Below the pieces are notes generated by a model. It was not told the origin of the DNA and searched no databases. It saw only the letters and a program-made list of their open reading frames with translations. A stretch of DNA of 64,000 bases from an uncultured delta proteobacterium (GTDB lineage: Bacteria; Myxococcota_A; Polyangia; Polyangiales; Polyangiaceae), in the NCBI GenBank assembly GCA_963850305.1, contig CAWKKR010000002.1, positions 64,001-128,000 of the forward strand. The letters run 5' to 3'. Of the stretch, positions 40,342 to 50,946 are shown piece after piece. The stretch's first letter is position 1, and each line of letters starts with the position of its first letter. The translations under genes and the position numbers were made by a program.

Positions 40342-41130
40342 TCACTCCCATCCTAGATCGTCGATCCAGAGATCCAGGCTCCCGGATCCATGCGGCTCGA
40401 TCTCGATCACGGAAATGTCGACGGGTTGCAGCGACAAGCCGGCGTCGGCCGCGAGCTCGGACCAGGAAACGGCGTTTGCGTTCCAGGTCGTGCTGCTGGC
40501 AGGCGTGAAGTCGTACCGGAAGGCGCGCGCGTCGGAGGTGCGAATGGTCACGGTTGCTGGCGCCGAGCCCTTGCTCTGCCAGGAGAGACCGTGCCAGGGC
40601 GAAGCGTCGTAGCAACTGGCGAAGGTCAACGTCATGGCGCCGCCGCTCACGGCGTCACTCCACGCGAGGTGTCCCGCGAACCGCGACGATCCCGCGCCAG
40701 GGCTATCCACGCCAGCAGAGGTCGAAGTCCCGTCTCGGTCCGAGAAGACCAGGGTGAAGTTGACGTTGTCGCTGGTGTAGCCGTAGTAGGACCCGCCATC
40801 GCCGCCGAGGTTCTCGAAGTCGGTGATCGAAGCGTGGTTCGCGGAGCCGCGCACGCAGCCGCTCGTCCCGCCCGCACCATCCGGCGCTCCCCCATCCGCA
40901 CCCGGTGGTCCCCCGTCGCCGAAGGCGATGAGGCACGACGCTTCGAAGCCTGCACCGTCGACCGTACACGGGCAACCCTCGTCTTCGTACGCAGTCCCCT
41001 TCGAGTTGCAGCTCAACAGCGCACCATGCACGCATATTTCGTTGCCGGGTTCACATCCCGACGCGGCTTGTTCCCCGCTGCAATCCGCGCCGAACGCGAG
41101 AGCAACGGCAACCGCCGCCGCGACTCGTCG
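40342..41130 (-). CDS. Exported Cys-rich protein with a C-terminal CBM11-like carbohydrate-binding domain
   Basis: Cys-rich repeat, Gly/Asp linker, then ITDFE...YDASPWHGLSW...LDLWIDDLGW. Start uncertain. Confidence 0.55.
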   Translation of the reverse strand, partial: RRVAAAVAVALAFGADCSGEQAASGCEPGNEICVHGALLSCNSKGTAYEDEGCPCTVDGAGFEASCLIAFGDGGPPGADGGAPDGAGGTSGCVRGSANHASITDFENLGGDGGSYYGYTSDNVNFTLVFSDRDGTSTSAGVDSPGAGSSRFAGHLAWSDAVSGGAMTLTFASCYDASPWHGLSWQSKGSAPATVTIRTSDARAFRYDFTPASSTTWNANAVSWSELAADAGLSLQPVDISVIEIEPHGSGSLDLWIDDLGWE

Positions 41131-41511
41131 TGATGTGCGGAGGCAGCGCCGGAGAGACAGCAAGGGGCTCAGCCTACCTCGGGGGTCCCGCGCTCGTCTC
41201 GCCCTCTCCCACCGGTGGCCTTCCTGCGAAGGTTCCGGGCCTACCCGAGGACCGTGGTTTGCGCGGTGGCTCCGTGTGCGGCGTCGTCCGACGGCCTTGC
41301 GTGCTTCCGTCGACTGCCGCGTCCGGCTTCGTCTCAGCGTTGACAGCGGCGTCGATGCGTCCGCCCGTCTCGCACGCAGTTCCACCGGTGCCGGTCCCTC
41401 CGCGCGTTCTGTTAGAGAGCGGGGTGTTTCCGTATGCCGTCCCGGGCCGCCACGACGATGCCAAGCTCGCTCTTGCACCGGGCACGGGCTGGTAGGCTCC
41501 CCAGCACGCTC

Positions 41512-42354
41512 ATGACCGCCCCACCCTTATCGCCCGTCGCCATCCGCGGCGTCGAGATTCCTCCATTTCTATACGGCACGGCATGGAAGGAGGAAGCAAC
41601 GGAGGAGTTCGTCACGCTCGCCATCCGCTCGGGCTTTCGTGGCATCGACACGGCCAACCAGCGCAAACACTACTTGGAGGCCGCCGTAGGCGAAGCGATA
41701 CGAAAGAGTGGCATCGACCGCAGCGCGCTCTTCATCCAGACGAAATTCACGTTCCGCGCGGGACAGGACTCTCGCCTGCCGTACGATCCCACGAAGGATA
41801 TCGCGACACAGGTCCAACAGTCGTTCGAGAGCTCCCTCGCGCACCTCCAGACGACGATGCTCGATTCCTACTTGCTGCATGGTCCCTCGGTCCGCAGTGG
41901 CCTCGCCGCGGACGACTGGTCCGCGTGGCTGGCGATGGAGAAACTGGCCCAGGCGGGCAGGACACGCCTGCTCGGCGTGAGCAACGTCTCCCTCGAGCAA
42001 CTCACGCAACTCCATCGTGACGCAACCGTGAAGCCCGCGTTCGTGCAGAACCGGTGCTACGCCAGCACCGGGTGGGACAGGGACGTGCGCGCCTTCTGCC
42101 GCGCGCACGATATCGTCTATCAGGGCTTCTCCCTCCTCACCGCGAACAACCGTGTGATGGCTTCGAAAGCACTCGGGGCGGTCGCAGACCGGCTCGGCCG
42201 GACGCGGGCACAGATCATCTTCAGGCTCGCGCTTCAGCTCGGCATGCTCCCGCTCACGGGGACCACGAGCGAGGATCACCAGCGAGAAGACCTCGCGTGC
42301 ACCGAGTTCGAATTGACCGACGACGACGTGCGAATGGTGGAGCGGCTGGCATGA
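41512..42354 (+). CDS. Aldo/keto reductase
   Basis: YGTAW, GFRGIDTA, LFIQTKF, LLHGP, LGVSN motifs. Confidence 0.9.
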   Translation: MTAPPLSPVAIRGVEIPPFLYGTAWKEEATEEFVTLAIRSGFRGIDTANQRKHYLEAAVGEAIRKSGIDRSALFIQTKFTFRAGQDSRLPYDPTKDIATQVQQSFESSLAHLQTTMLDSYLLHGPSVRSGLAADDWSAWLAMEKLAQAGRTRLLGVSNVSLEQLTQLHRDATVKPAFVQNRCYASTGWDRDVRAFCRAHDIVYQGFSLLTANNRVMASKALGAVADRLGRTRAQIIFRLALQLGMLPLTGTTSEDHQREDLACTEFELTDDDVRMVERLA

Positions 42355-42729
42355 GACGCGAGCTCCACCAAGGAAACGAGTTCACGGCAAAGTGCTTACA
42401 TGCCGCGTGATGCGACTACAGATCCTGATTGGCTCGGGCCCGGCGACTACAGTAAGCAGCCGCCCACGTCGCGGCGGTTCGACGCTCGTCCTCGGCGTGA
42501 CGTTGCGCCCGCCCGCTGGTTAGCGCCAGTGCGATACGAGGCGACTGCTCGAGCTCGACGACGAGGTAATATCCGTTCGTCACGGAGGGCGCCGTGCCGT
42601 TGACGGTGGTGCCACAGCTCGCGTGTGACCGCACTCGACGACGCGAGCATCACTTGCCACGTCCCCTGAACATGATACCTTGACGGGCATGCGTGGGGGA
42701 CCTTGCAACGTTGGCGGGGCGAGATAAGC

Positions 42730-43539
42730 GTGTACCGCATCGCCCGGAAAGCTCCGTTGGCGCGTGGTTTCGCACTGCTCCTGACGTGCAGCGCCGTTGG
42801 CTGCGGCGGGAACGTGAAAGAGAACGCGTCCGCGGGCGATGTCACCGGAAGCGCTCGCTCGGCCGACGCCTCGGTCCCGGCGTGCGACCACTACTTCGCC
42901 GCGCAGTACGCTCGATGCGGCGGCCCTGTGTTGCCCGCGAGCGAGACGACACGCATCCGGGCGCGGTTCGAACAGCAGTGCCAGAATCAGGTCACCCTGC
43001 CGGGTAGCGGCATGAACGCCGCAAGCCTCGAAGCGTGCGCATCGGCGCTGGATGCGGCTCCCTGCGAGTCCCCCGACGGTCCTCCAGTCGCGTGCAACTT
43101 CAAGGGATCGTTGCCCGGCGGCGCACCTTGCAATGAGGGGTTCCAGTGTCAGAGCGGCAGTTGCGATGGGACTGCGTTCTCGAGCCCCGACGGACAGATT
43201 GGCCCCATCACCTGCGGAACTTGCGCGCCGTTCGCCGCGGTCGCTGTCGGGCAGGTGTGCGGCCATGCCGATTTCTCGGCGAGCTGCGCGGGCGACGCGC
43301 TCTGCTTGATCACCCCCGGCGAGGAGAATGCGGCCGCCCCGACCTATGTTTGCGTCGCACTCGTTCAAGGCGATGTCGGCGCGCCTTGCGATGAACTTTC
43401 GGCAAGCTGCAAGACTGGACTGTATTGCTCAGCGCAAACCGGGCGGTGCGCGAAGCTGGGAAGCGCGGGAGCGCCGTGCGGCGTCGGCGCCCGTTCTCCG
43501 GGCGCGTGCACGCTGCTCGACAGTACCGTGTGCAGGTGA
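42730..43539 (+). CDS. Cys-rich lipoprotein
   Basis: Lipobox AVG|C and repeated G.PC....C..G..C motifs. Confidence 0.7.
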   Translation: MYRIARKAPLARGFALLLTCSAVGCGGNVKENASAGDVTGSARSADASVPACDHYFAAQYARCGGPVLPASETTRIRARFEQQCQNQVTLPGSGMNAASLEACASALDAAPCESPDGPPVACNFKGSLPGGAPCNEGFQCQSGSCDGTAFSSPDGQIGPITCGTCAPFAAVAVGQVCGHADFSASCAGDALCLITPGEENAAAPTYVCVALVQGDVGAPCDELSASCKTGLYCSAQTGRCAKLGSAGAPCGVGARSPGACTLLDSTVCR

Positions 43540-43566
43540 TCGAGCGCACCGTAGCCGGACCACACG

Positions 43567-44016
43567 ATGAGGCAGCAGCACCCGGAATGGCTGTGGCACG
43601 TGTTTCCGTTTCTGTTCCCAGCGATGTGGCTCGTCGTCTCGGTCATTCTTTCACTGTTCGGGGGATGGTGGAGCCTGGCGCGTGCGTATCCTCCGCTTCA
43701 GGAATTTATTGGGGAGCGGTTCCGCTGGAAGTCGGGCCGCCTCGGCAGCGTGTCTTACTCGGGGTGCCTGAACCTCGCGGCGAATGGCGATGGGTTGAGG
43801 GTAGCCGTCACTTTCCTGTTTCGTCTGGCTCATCCGCCCTTCCTCGTTCCATGGCCCGAGGTGGAAGCGATATCGGGTCGGCGCTTGTTCTCCCGCGTCA
43901 TCCAGTTGCGATTTCGGAAAGTGCCGATTGCGAACTTGGAAGTCTCGCGAAAGCTCGCCGAGCGTATCGCTGCCGCATCGAACGGCGCTTTCGTCGTGCC
44001 GCCCGAGGCTGCCTAA
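43567..44016 (+). CDS. Hypothetical membrane-anchored protein
   Basis: N-terminal TM, GGW..LA..Y and HPP..VPW motifs. Confidence 0.65.
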   Translation: MRQQHPEWLWHVFPFLFPAMWLVVSVILSLFGGWWSLARAYPPLQEFIGERFRWKSGRLGSVSYSGCLNLAANGDGLRVAVTFLFRLAHPPFLVPWPEVEAISGRRLFSRVIQLRFRKVPIANLEVSRKLAERIAAASNGAFVVPPEAA

Positions 44017-44044
44017 ACTCACGCGCTGAGGCGGACCGCAAGGG

Positions 44045-44240
44045 TCAGGACGAATTCTGAGCGGCGAACTGGATCATCGGCGAACCGCGCGTGCGAAGGG
44101 CGGAGAGGTACCGCGACTCGTCGTAGGGCACGCGGTCGACCCAGCAGCGCCAGACGATGCGGATCGAGTTGAACGCGAGGGCACGGACGGCGGCGTTGTG
44201 CACGGCGCCCTTTGCGCGGTGGCGTTCGTAGAACGTACCC
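44045..44240 (-). pseudogene. IS110-family transposase, C-terminal remnant
   Basis: Manual translation TFYERHRAKGAVHNAAVRALAFNSIRIVWRCWVDRVPYDESRYLSALRTRGSP. Confidence 0.7.
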
Positions 44241-44292
44241 TGACGGTGAAGGGAAGGAGCATGGGGCGAATCCAGCGTGTAGACTGTCGCGC

Positions 44293-44799
44293 ATGTACTA
44301 CCAGACGTTTTGCCAGATGAAGAAACAGCTCAACCAGTTCGACGGGTGGCTCGAGTCTGCCGCCGCGTTCGCGAAGACCAAATCGTTCGACCCGAACCTG
44401 TTCCTCGGTTTCCGGCTCGCACCCGATCAATTCGCGTTCGCGCGCCAGGTCCAGACCGCCTGTGACACGGCAAAGCTCGCCGCCTCTCGCCTCACCGGAA
44501 AAGGCGCTCCCGCGCAGGCTGATACCGAGAAAACCCTCGACGAGCTCCGCGGTCGGATCAGCTCCGTCATCGCGTACCTGGACGGACTCTCGGAGAAAGA
44601 CTTCGAGGGCGCCGCGAGCCGCGTCGTCACCCAGCCGCGCTGGGAGGGCAAGACCATGACCGGCGCAGATTATTTTCTCGAGCATGCCGTCCCGAATTTT
44701 TACTTTCATCTCACGACCAGCTTCGCCATCTTGCGGCATAACGGCGTGGATATCGGAAAGCGGGATTTCCTGGGGCCGCTCAGCCTCCGGAATCCATGA
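44293..44799 (+). CDS. DUF1993 family protein (second copy)
   Basis: RLAPDQF..ARQVQTACD and PNFYFHLTTSFAILRHNGVDIGKRDF. Confidence 0.88.
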   Translation: MYYQTFCQMKKQLNQFDGWLESAAAFAKTKSFDPNLFLGFRLAPDQFAFARQVQTACDTAKLAASRLTGKGAPAQADTEKTLDELRGRISSVIAYLDGLSEKDFEGAASRVVTQPRWEGKTMTGADYFLEHAVPNFYFHLTTSFAILRHNGVDIGKRDFLGPLSLRNP

Positions 44800-45059
44800 G
44801 CGCAGGCTGAAGGGCGTCGCCGGTCCGTCTCGTGCCGCCGCGAGCGGACCGAACACCTGGGCCTGCCCAAAGATTCCGCCCCGCGGGCCTCGTTGCCGGG
44901 GCTAGGTCTTCCTGCCCCACGCCGAGATCATCGGCGCGGTCACGAGATCCAGACGGCCTTCCGCGACGTTCGTCAGATGTCGGTCAATCTCGTCGGATGT
45001 CGCGTGACCGGCCGCGATCAGGCGGTCGCGGATCTGCGCGACCGTCGCGGTTTCCAGCC

Positions 45060-45535
45060 TCGAGCGCGCGGGCGACGCGATCGGAAAAGTAGCAGTCTCC
45101 GGAGACGTCGCAGAGTCCGGCTTCGCGGAGGAGGCGCCGCAGTCTTCGTCTGAATGCGAGGTCCGCGCCGCGGCTCGACATGAGCGCTCGAAAGCCCATG
45201 CGGATCTTGTTCGCGAGTTCCTGCTCGGGTCCCTGCACGTCCAGGCACGGGAGCGGCTGAAGCGCAGGATCGGCGTCTTCGCCGAGGAGACCGCCGCCAG
45301 GGCGGAGCGCCTTCACCAGGTGAAGGAGCGCTCGTTCGCGCTCGACGACGTGCACCAGCACGAGCCGAGCATGCACGAGGTCGAACGTCTCCGCCCGGCG
45401 GGTCGTCGCGAGCGCCATCGTGGAGACGGACGTCGACGTTGGTTGAATCGACCATCGCTCTGGACACATCGAGGTCCGGGGCCCGCACGTGACCCCGGGG
45501 GCCGACGCGCTCCGACATCTCACTCCATACCCCAT
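45060..45535 (-). pseudogene. SAM-dependent methyltransferase remnant
   Basis: FDLVHARLVLVHV...ALRPGG; SAM motif I absent and frames broken. Confidence 0.65.
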
Positions 45536-45656
45536 ACCGAAGTTCCCCGGCTCTGACGGCTCGGGCCGTCGTGGGACGGCGGGGAGCGGCGGATCGACGA
45601 CGGGGACGGGGTTTGAGGACCTGGCCGCCGAGCACGCTTGACGAAGTCCGACGGAA

Positions 45657-45674
45657 TCAGTACAAGTGTACGCG
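45657..45674 (+). promoter_or_regulatory. FabR/DesT-type operator
   Basis: Palindrome GTACA-AG-TGTAC, just downstream of TTGACG (45638-45643) and upstream of the desaturase operon. Confidence 0.65.
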
Positions 45675-45736
45675 CAACTGTAAACACGATCGTCCGACAG
45701 GCTGACGCACGGTTGTGAAACAAAAAAGGAAACCCG

Positions 45737-46918
45737 ATGCTCGCTTCAAGCTCACTGAACCAGATCGGTTTCAACAACAAGTTCCAGGGCTTGCGCTCGG
45801 TACTACGGGGTCGGGGCCTCGATCGTGCCCGTCCCTGGCTGGATCGGGCGAGCGCCCGGGTCACCGCCAACGTGCCGGTGCTCGAAGCTGTGCTCGGCAA
45901 GCTCGACCCCACCATCTCCCTAAACCGGATCCTGGCGAGCGTGGTCGAGATCCGAGAAGAAACGCACGACGTGAAGACCTACGTGCTCAAGCCGAACGCG
46001 CGCTTCGGGACGTTCCTGCCGGGCTCCCACGTCACGGTGCACCTGTCCATCGGCGGTCGGAAGGTGCAGCGCTCGTACAGCCTCTCGTCGGCGCCCGGTC
46101 CGGGCGGACTCGTCAGCATCACGGTCAAGCGAGTCCCGGGCGGCGTCGTGTCGAACCATCTCGCCGAAACCGTCATCGCGGGAGACGTGCTCGAGCTCGG
46201 CGCACCCCAGGGGCAGTTCGTGCTCGAGGCCCGGCCCGGCCCCCAGGAGAAGCTCGTCATGATCTCGGCAGGCAGCGGGATCACGCCGGTGATGTCGATG
46301 CTCCGTGACCTGGTCCGGCGCGGCTCGACGACCCACGTCACCTTCCTCCACTTTGCCCGCACCCCGAACGACGTCATCTTCGGCGAAGAGCTCGCGCGGA
46401 TCGCGGCGCGCTCTCCGAACGTGAGCGTTCGCGTGTGCGTCGAGGAGGCGGGGGACGACTGGAGCGACCTCCAGGGACGCTTCAGCCTCGCCTTGCTGGA
46501 AAACATCGTACCGGAGTTCCGGAGCGCGGAAACTTACCTGTGCGGTCCCTCCGGCTTCATGAAGACCGTCATGCAGACGTTCGAGCGCGCGGGCGCCGAT
46601 CTGTCGAAGCTGCGGTTCGAGCGGTTCAGCGCCGAGTTCGACGCATCCAGCTTTCTCGAGCACTCCCGGACGGTCCGCTTCCTACGCTCCGGAGTGGAGT
46701 CCCTCTCGAGCCACCCTCTCACCATCCTCCAGGACGCCGAGGCCCGGGGGGTGCGCGTCGAGTCCGGGTGTCGTGCGGGCACGTGCGGAACCTGCCGCTG
46801 CAAGAAACGAAAGGGCGTCGTGTTCAACACCGCCACGGGCCAGGAGTCCGGCGCAGGCGAAGAGATGATTTACCCCTGTGTTTCGGTCGCGAAGGGCACC
46901 GTGGAGGTCGAACTATGA
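45737..46918 (+). CDS. Ferredoxin reductase (FAD/NAD-binding plus 2Fe-2S), desaturase partner
   Basis: RSYSLSS, AGSGITP, YLCGP, CRAGTCGTC...C motifs. Confidence 0.9.
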   Translation: MLASSSLNQIGFNNKFQGLRSVLRGRGLDRARPWLDRASARVTANVPVLEAVLGKLDPTISLNRILASVVEIREETHDVKTYVLKPNARFGTFLPGSHVTVHLSIGGRKVQRSYSLSSAPGPGGLVSITVKRVPGGVVSNHLAETVIAGDVLELGAPQGQFVLEARPGPQEKLVMISAGSGITPVMSMLRDLVRRGSTTHVTFLHFARTPNDVIFGEELARIAARSPNVSVRVCVEEAGDDWSDLQGRFSLALLENIVPEFRSAETYLCGPSGFMKTVMQTFERAGADLSKLRFERFSAEFDASSFLEHSRTVRFLRSGVESLSSHPLTILQDAEARGVRVESGCRAGTCGTCRCKKRKGVVFNTATGQESGAGEEMIYPCVSVAKGTVEVEL

Positions 46919-48130
46919 ACACTGCGATGAACACGGTAGCGGACACCGAGCCCCGGACGCGAACCGGAGCGCCTCCGACCACGACGGGCCGGACGCCCAT
47001 CGATCTCGAGTCGCTGCGGCACGATCTCGACGAACTGCGCGCTCGCGTCCTGGCCAAGGTCGGCGGTGAAGACGCCGCCTACATCAAGAAGGTGCGCGCG
47101 GTCGCGCGCGCGCTGGAGGCGTCGGGGCGCCTGCTCATTCACCTGAGCGTGGAGCCCGTCGGCTTCAGCCTCGGAGTGCTCGGACTCGGGCTCAACAAGA
47201 TCATCGAGAACATGGAGCTCGGGCACAACGTGATGCACGGCCAGTACGACTTCATGGACGATCCGATCGCTCGACTCGAAGACGTACGAGTGGGACGTCG
47301 TCGGCACCGGCAAGACCTGGAAGCACGCACACAACGTGACGCACCACACGTACACCAACGTCATCGGCAAGGACGACGACTTCGGCTACCTGTTCTTCCG
47401 GCTATCGAGCGACGTCAAGTGGAGCCCGATCCACGTCTTTCAGTACTTCGTCAACCCGACGGCGGGCCTCTTCTTCGACCATGCCGTGTCGTACTACCAT
47501 GCACGGCCGTCCGAGTACCTGACGGCCCCGAAGGGAACGCCGGAGCGGAGCGCGCAGGTGCGGGAGATGCTGAGCGACTGGTTCGGGATCGCCCGGAAGT
47601 CGGCCAGGCTCTACGCGAAGGAGTACGTCTTCTATCCGGCGCTCGCCGGGCCGATGGCCCCGAAGGTTGCGCTCGGCAATGCCCTCGCGAGCGGGCTGCG
47701 CAACGTTTGGACGTACGCGGTCATCCAGTGCGGACATCTGCCGGAGACGACCAGCACGTTCACCGAGGAAGACCTGAAAGGCGAGACCCGCGGCGGCTTC
47801 TACCTCCGGCAGATCCTCGGCTCGAGCAACATCGAGGCGGGGCCGCTCCTCGGCGTGCTGACGGGGCACCTGAGCCATCAGATCGAGCATCATCTGTTCC
47901 CCGACGTCCCCGCGCATCGCTACCTCGAGATGGGCGTCGAGGTGCGGAAGATCTGCGAAAAGCACGGCATCCCGTACAACACCGCGAGCTTCCGGACGCA
48001 GTTCAAGAGCGTTCTGCGGGCCCTCGTCCGGTATTCGGTCCCGAACGCCCCGAGCGACGAACATCGGCGCGCGACCAGCGTCTACGAGGTCGAGTCGCGA
48101 CGGGCTGCGCATGTCGCCGTTGCGGTGTAG
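46915..48130 (+). CDS. Membrane acyl-CoA desaturase (DesB/DesA3-like), with a +1 frameshift near 47266
   Basis: His boxes HNVMH, HNVTHH and QIEHHLFP across two frames; removing one base joins DDP-SLDSKTYEWD. Confidence 0.85.
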
Positions 48131-48157
48131 CCTCGGCCCCATTGAAGGCGTCGGGCG

Positions 48158-48775
48158 TTGCGCGTCAATCCGGAAAAGAAAGAAGAACGGGAACGGGTCG
48201 CGCTCGCTCTCCTGCGGGCCACCCTGAGCCTCGCCGCCGCACACGGGTTTGCGAGCCTTGGCTTGCGTGAGGTGTCACGCGCTGCCGACATCGCGCCGAC
48301 CTCCTTCTATCGTCACTTCGCGGACATGGAGGCGCTCGGCCTCGCGCTGATCGAAGGGCTCGTCGGGGACCTCGTGCAAGGCGCCATCCTGCGCGCGAAG
48401 ACGGCCCCGCCGGAGGCAGGCGACCGGGTGGACGCGATGGCGAGCCACGTCCTGTCCGCGGCGCTCGAGGACCCGGAACTGACGCGCTTCATACTCGCCG
48501 AGCGAGCGGGTGCGATCCCTTCGTTCCGAGAGGCGCTCCGGAAGCAGCTCTCGTCGGTGTCGGTCGCGCTCGGGGTTGCCATGGATGCCGATCGTGTGAA
48601 CGGGAGCGGCGGCGTTCCCCCGTACGTCCCAGACGGCGCGGTCGTCCTCTTGCTCGACGCCTGCGGCCGGGCGCTCGAGCGCGCGCCCGCGGAAGTGCCG
48701 GCGCTCGTCGAACACGTTCTGCAGCAGATCCACGCGCTCTCCCGGGGCTCCGCGTCGACGAAGGGGAAGACATGA
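48158..48775 (+). CDS. TetR-family regulator, FabR/DesT-like
   Basis: GFASLGLREVSRAADIAPTSFYRHFADMEALGL. Confidence 0.85.
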   Translation: MRVNPEKKEERERVALALLRATLSLAAAHGFASLGLREVSRAADIAPTSFYRHFADMEALGLALIEGLVGDLVQGAILRAKTAPPEAGDRVDAMASHVLSAALEDPELTRFILAERAGAIPSFREALRKQLSSVSVALGVAMDADRVNGSGGVPPYVPDGAVVLLLDACGRALERAPAEVPALVEHVLQQIHALSRGSASTKGKT

Positions 48776-49776
48776 GCGACCTCGCCGACGCGCTTCTCGC
48801 CGCGCACGTCGAGCACGAGCTGTCCCGGCTGCGCGGCGAGGCCTTCGCTGGATTGATCGACGAGCGCCTGTCGGCCGTGTGGCGGGCGCTCGAGTACGTC
48901 AAATTCACCGACGTCGTCACCCCCGAGCAGATCGTCGGAGTCGTCGAGCGCTACGCCATCGAGCTCAAGGTGAGCGGGGGCATCACGGAGCTCGTCGGTG
49001 AAATGTCGAACGTCGTCTTCTCCTCGTCGGTGAGCGAGAGGACGAGAATCGGCGAAATCTGCGACCCCGAATCCTACGAAGAATTCGCCGACAAGATCGT
49101 ATCGCTCGAGGGGGTGCAGCGCGAGCTCGTCCACCACGTGACCCAGAGCTCCGCGTTCGGCACCCTGGCCTCACGGGTGCTATCGCGAATGGTCACCGAT
49201 CTCGTGTTTCGTGGCGACACGGAAGGAGGCGGGCCTTCTCTCAGGAGCCTCGTGGCGACGCTCGGGCGCAAGGTGCTTCCAGGCCTCGAGCGGAGTGTCG
49301 GCACGGCGCTCTCGGGTTACGTCGAGCGACACCGGGAGCGACTCACGCGAAAGGGCGAGGAACACCTCCTCGAAGCGCTCGATCCCGAATGGATCCGGCA
49401 GATGGCGGACGAGATCTGGGACTCCATTTCGCGGAAGCCCCTCGCCGACGCTGGCCTCGTGTTCACCGCGCGAGATCTCGAAGACTTCGTCGTGCTCGGC
49501 TACGAGTTCTGGCTGAGGCTCCGGAAGACGCCTTACTTTCACGCGGTCGTCACCGAGGTCGTCAACCATCTCTTCGCGAAGTACGGCGACGAAAGCCTGC
49601 TCTCGGTCATCACGGACATGGGGATCAGCAAGGAGATGGTGAACCACGAGATCCTGACGTTCGCGGTTCCAGTGCTCGAGCTCGCGCACCGCACGGGCTA
49701 CCTCGAGAAAGAGCTCAGGGCCGTCCTCGAGCCTTTCTACCGCTCGCCCGCGTTCGCGGCCGTCGTCGCGCGGTGA
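48772..49776 (+). CDS. Hypothetical helical protein
   Basis: 334-aa ORF with gene-like codon usage and an ATGA overlap with the TetR gene. Confidence 0.75.
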   Translation: MSDLADALLAAHVEHELSRLRGEAFAGLIDERLSAVWRALEYVKFTDVVTPEQIVGVVERYAIELKVSGGITELVGEMSNVVFSSSVSERTRIGEICDPESYEEFADKIVSLEGVQRELVHHVTQSSAFGTLASRVLSRMVTDLVFRGDTEGGGPSLRSLVATLGRKVLPGLERSVGTALSGYVERHRERLTRKGEEHLLEALDPEWIRQMADEIWDSISRKPLADAGLVFTARDLEDFVVLGYEFWLRLRKTPYFHAVVTEVVNHLFAKYGDESLLSVITDMGISKEMVNHEILTFAVPVLELAHRTGYLEKELRAVLEPFYRSPAFAAVVAR

Positions 49777-49889
49777 GACCTTCCGCAGTCGCGGAAACGC
49801 CCTTCCGCCGTCGCGGGAAACGCTCAAAATGTACCTGAAAATCCCTTTCGAGCCAAGGCTCTCGGACGGTCCGGCCTCCACGGCATCGC

Positions 49890-50723
49890 AGGGATCGTCA
49901 CGCCGGACACTCTGCTCGGCTGGTACCGGAAGCTGGTGGCCGCGAAGTGCGACGGCTCGGAGCGCCGCGGCGCGGGGCATCCGCGCACGCACGCAACGCT
50001 CGCCGACCTGGGGCTACACGCGCATTCGCGGAGCACTGTGGAATCTCGGCCACGATCTCGGGCGGAACACGATTCGGCGCATCTTGGCCGATGCAGGACT
50101 CGAGCCCGCGCCGGAGCGAGGGAAGCGGATCCGGTGGGCGACGTTCCTTAAAGCCCACTGGGGCGCCATCGCGGCGACGGACTTCTTCACGGTGGAGGTC
50201 GTGACCAACGTCGGCCTCGTGCGCTACTTCGTGCTCTTCGTGATCGATCTGAAGACTCGGCGCGTGCACATCGCGGGGATCGCCCACCAGATGTACGGCA
50301 AGTGGATGGAGCAGGTCGCGAGGACCCTGACCGACCCGCTCGAAGGCTTTCTGCGCGGGTCGCGTTACCTCATTCACGACCGCGATCCTCTGTTCACGGC
50401 GCGGTTTGCGGAAGTACTCGATGCCGCGGGCGTGAGCACCGTGAAGCTGCCCCCGAGAAGCCCGGATCTCAACGCGTTCGCGGAGCGGTTCGTGCGGTCC
50501 GCCAAGCAGGAGTGCCTCCGCAAAGTGATCCCGCTGGGCGAGACGCACCTGCGGAAGATCGTCGCCGAGTACGTCGACCACTACCACCGGGAGCGCAACC
50601 AACCAGGGGCTTGGCAACGAGCTGATCGAGCCCGACGGCTCGGGCCGTCATACCATCGGCGCGATCACGTGCAGGGAGAGGCTGGGTGGGACGCTCAGGT
50701 ACTATCATCGCGAGGCCGCATGA
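49890..50723 (+). pseudogene. Integrase-core (rve) DDE transposase remnant
   Basis: [48 protein letters not shown]; truncated 5' end, internal deletion and a frameshift near 50600. Confidence 0.82.
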
Positions 50724-50946
50724 TTCCCGAGCGATCGAGTTTCGGCACACTACGGGGTCGGATGACGTTTTGATCTCGTCTGACGCCTTCGGCCCTCGTC
50801 GAGTTCCCCCGAGCCGTTCGCGCGCACTCCGCCCACTCTCGCGCGGAGCGTGATTGGGTCTCAGGCAGGCCGACGAGGGCGTCTTCGGCTCGGGGCCGTC
50901 GCCTTTTTGCTTGCCAAGGGCGGCAGTCGGGCTGTATCCACGGCTC

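Noticed and set aside
47255..47280. Programmed frameshift in the desaturase
   Set aside because: No slippery sequence; other single-base indels in the window point to sequencing error or decay.
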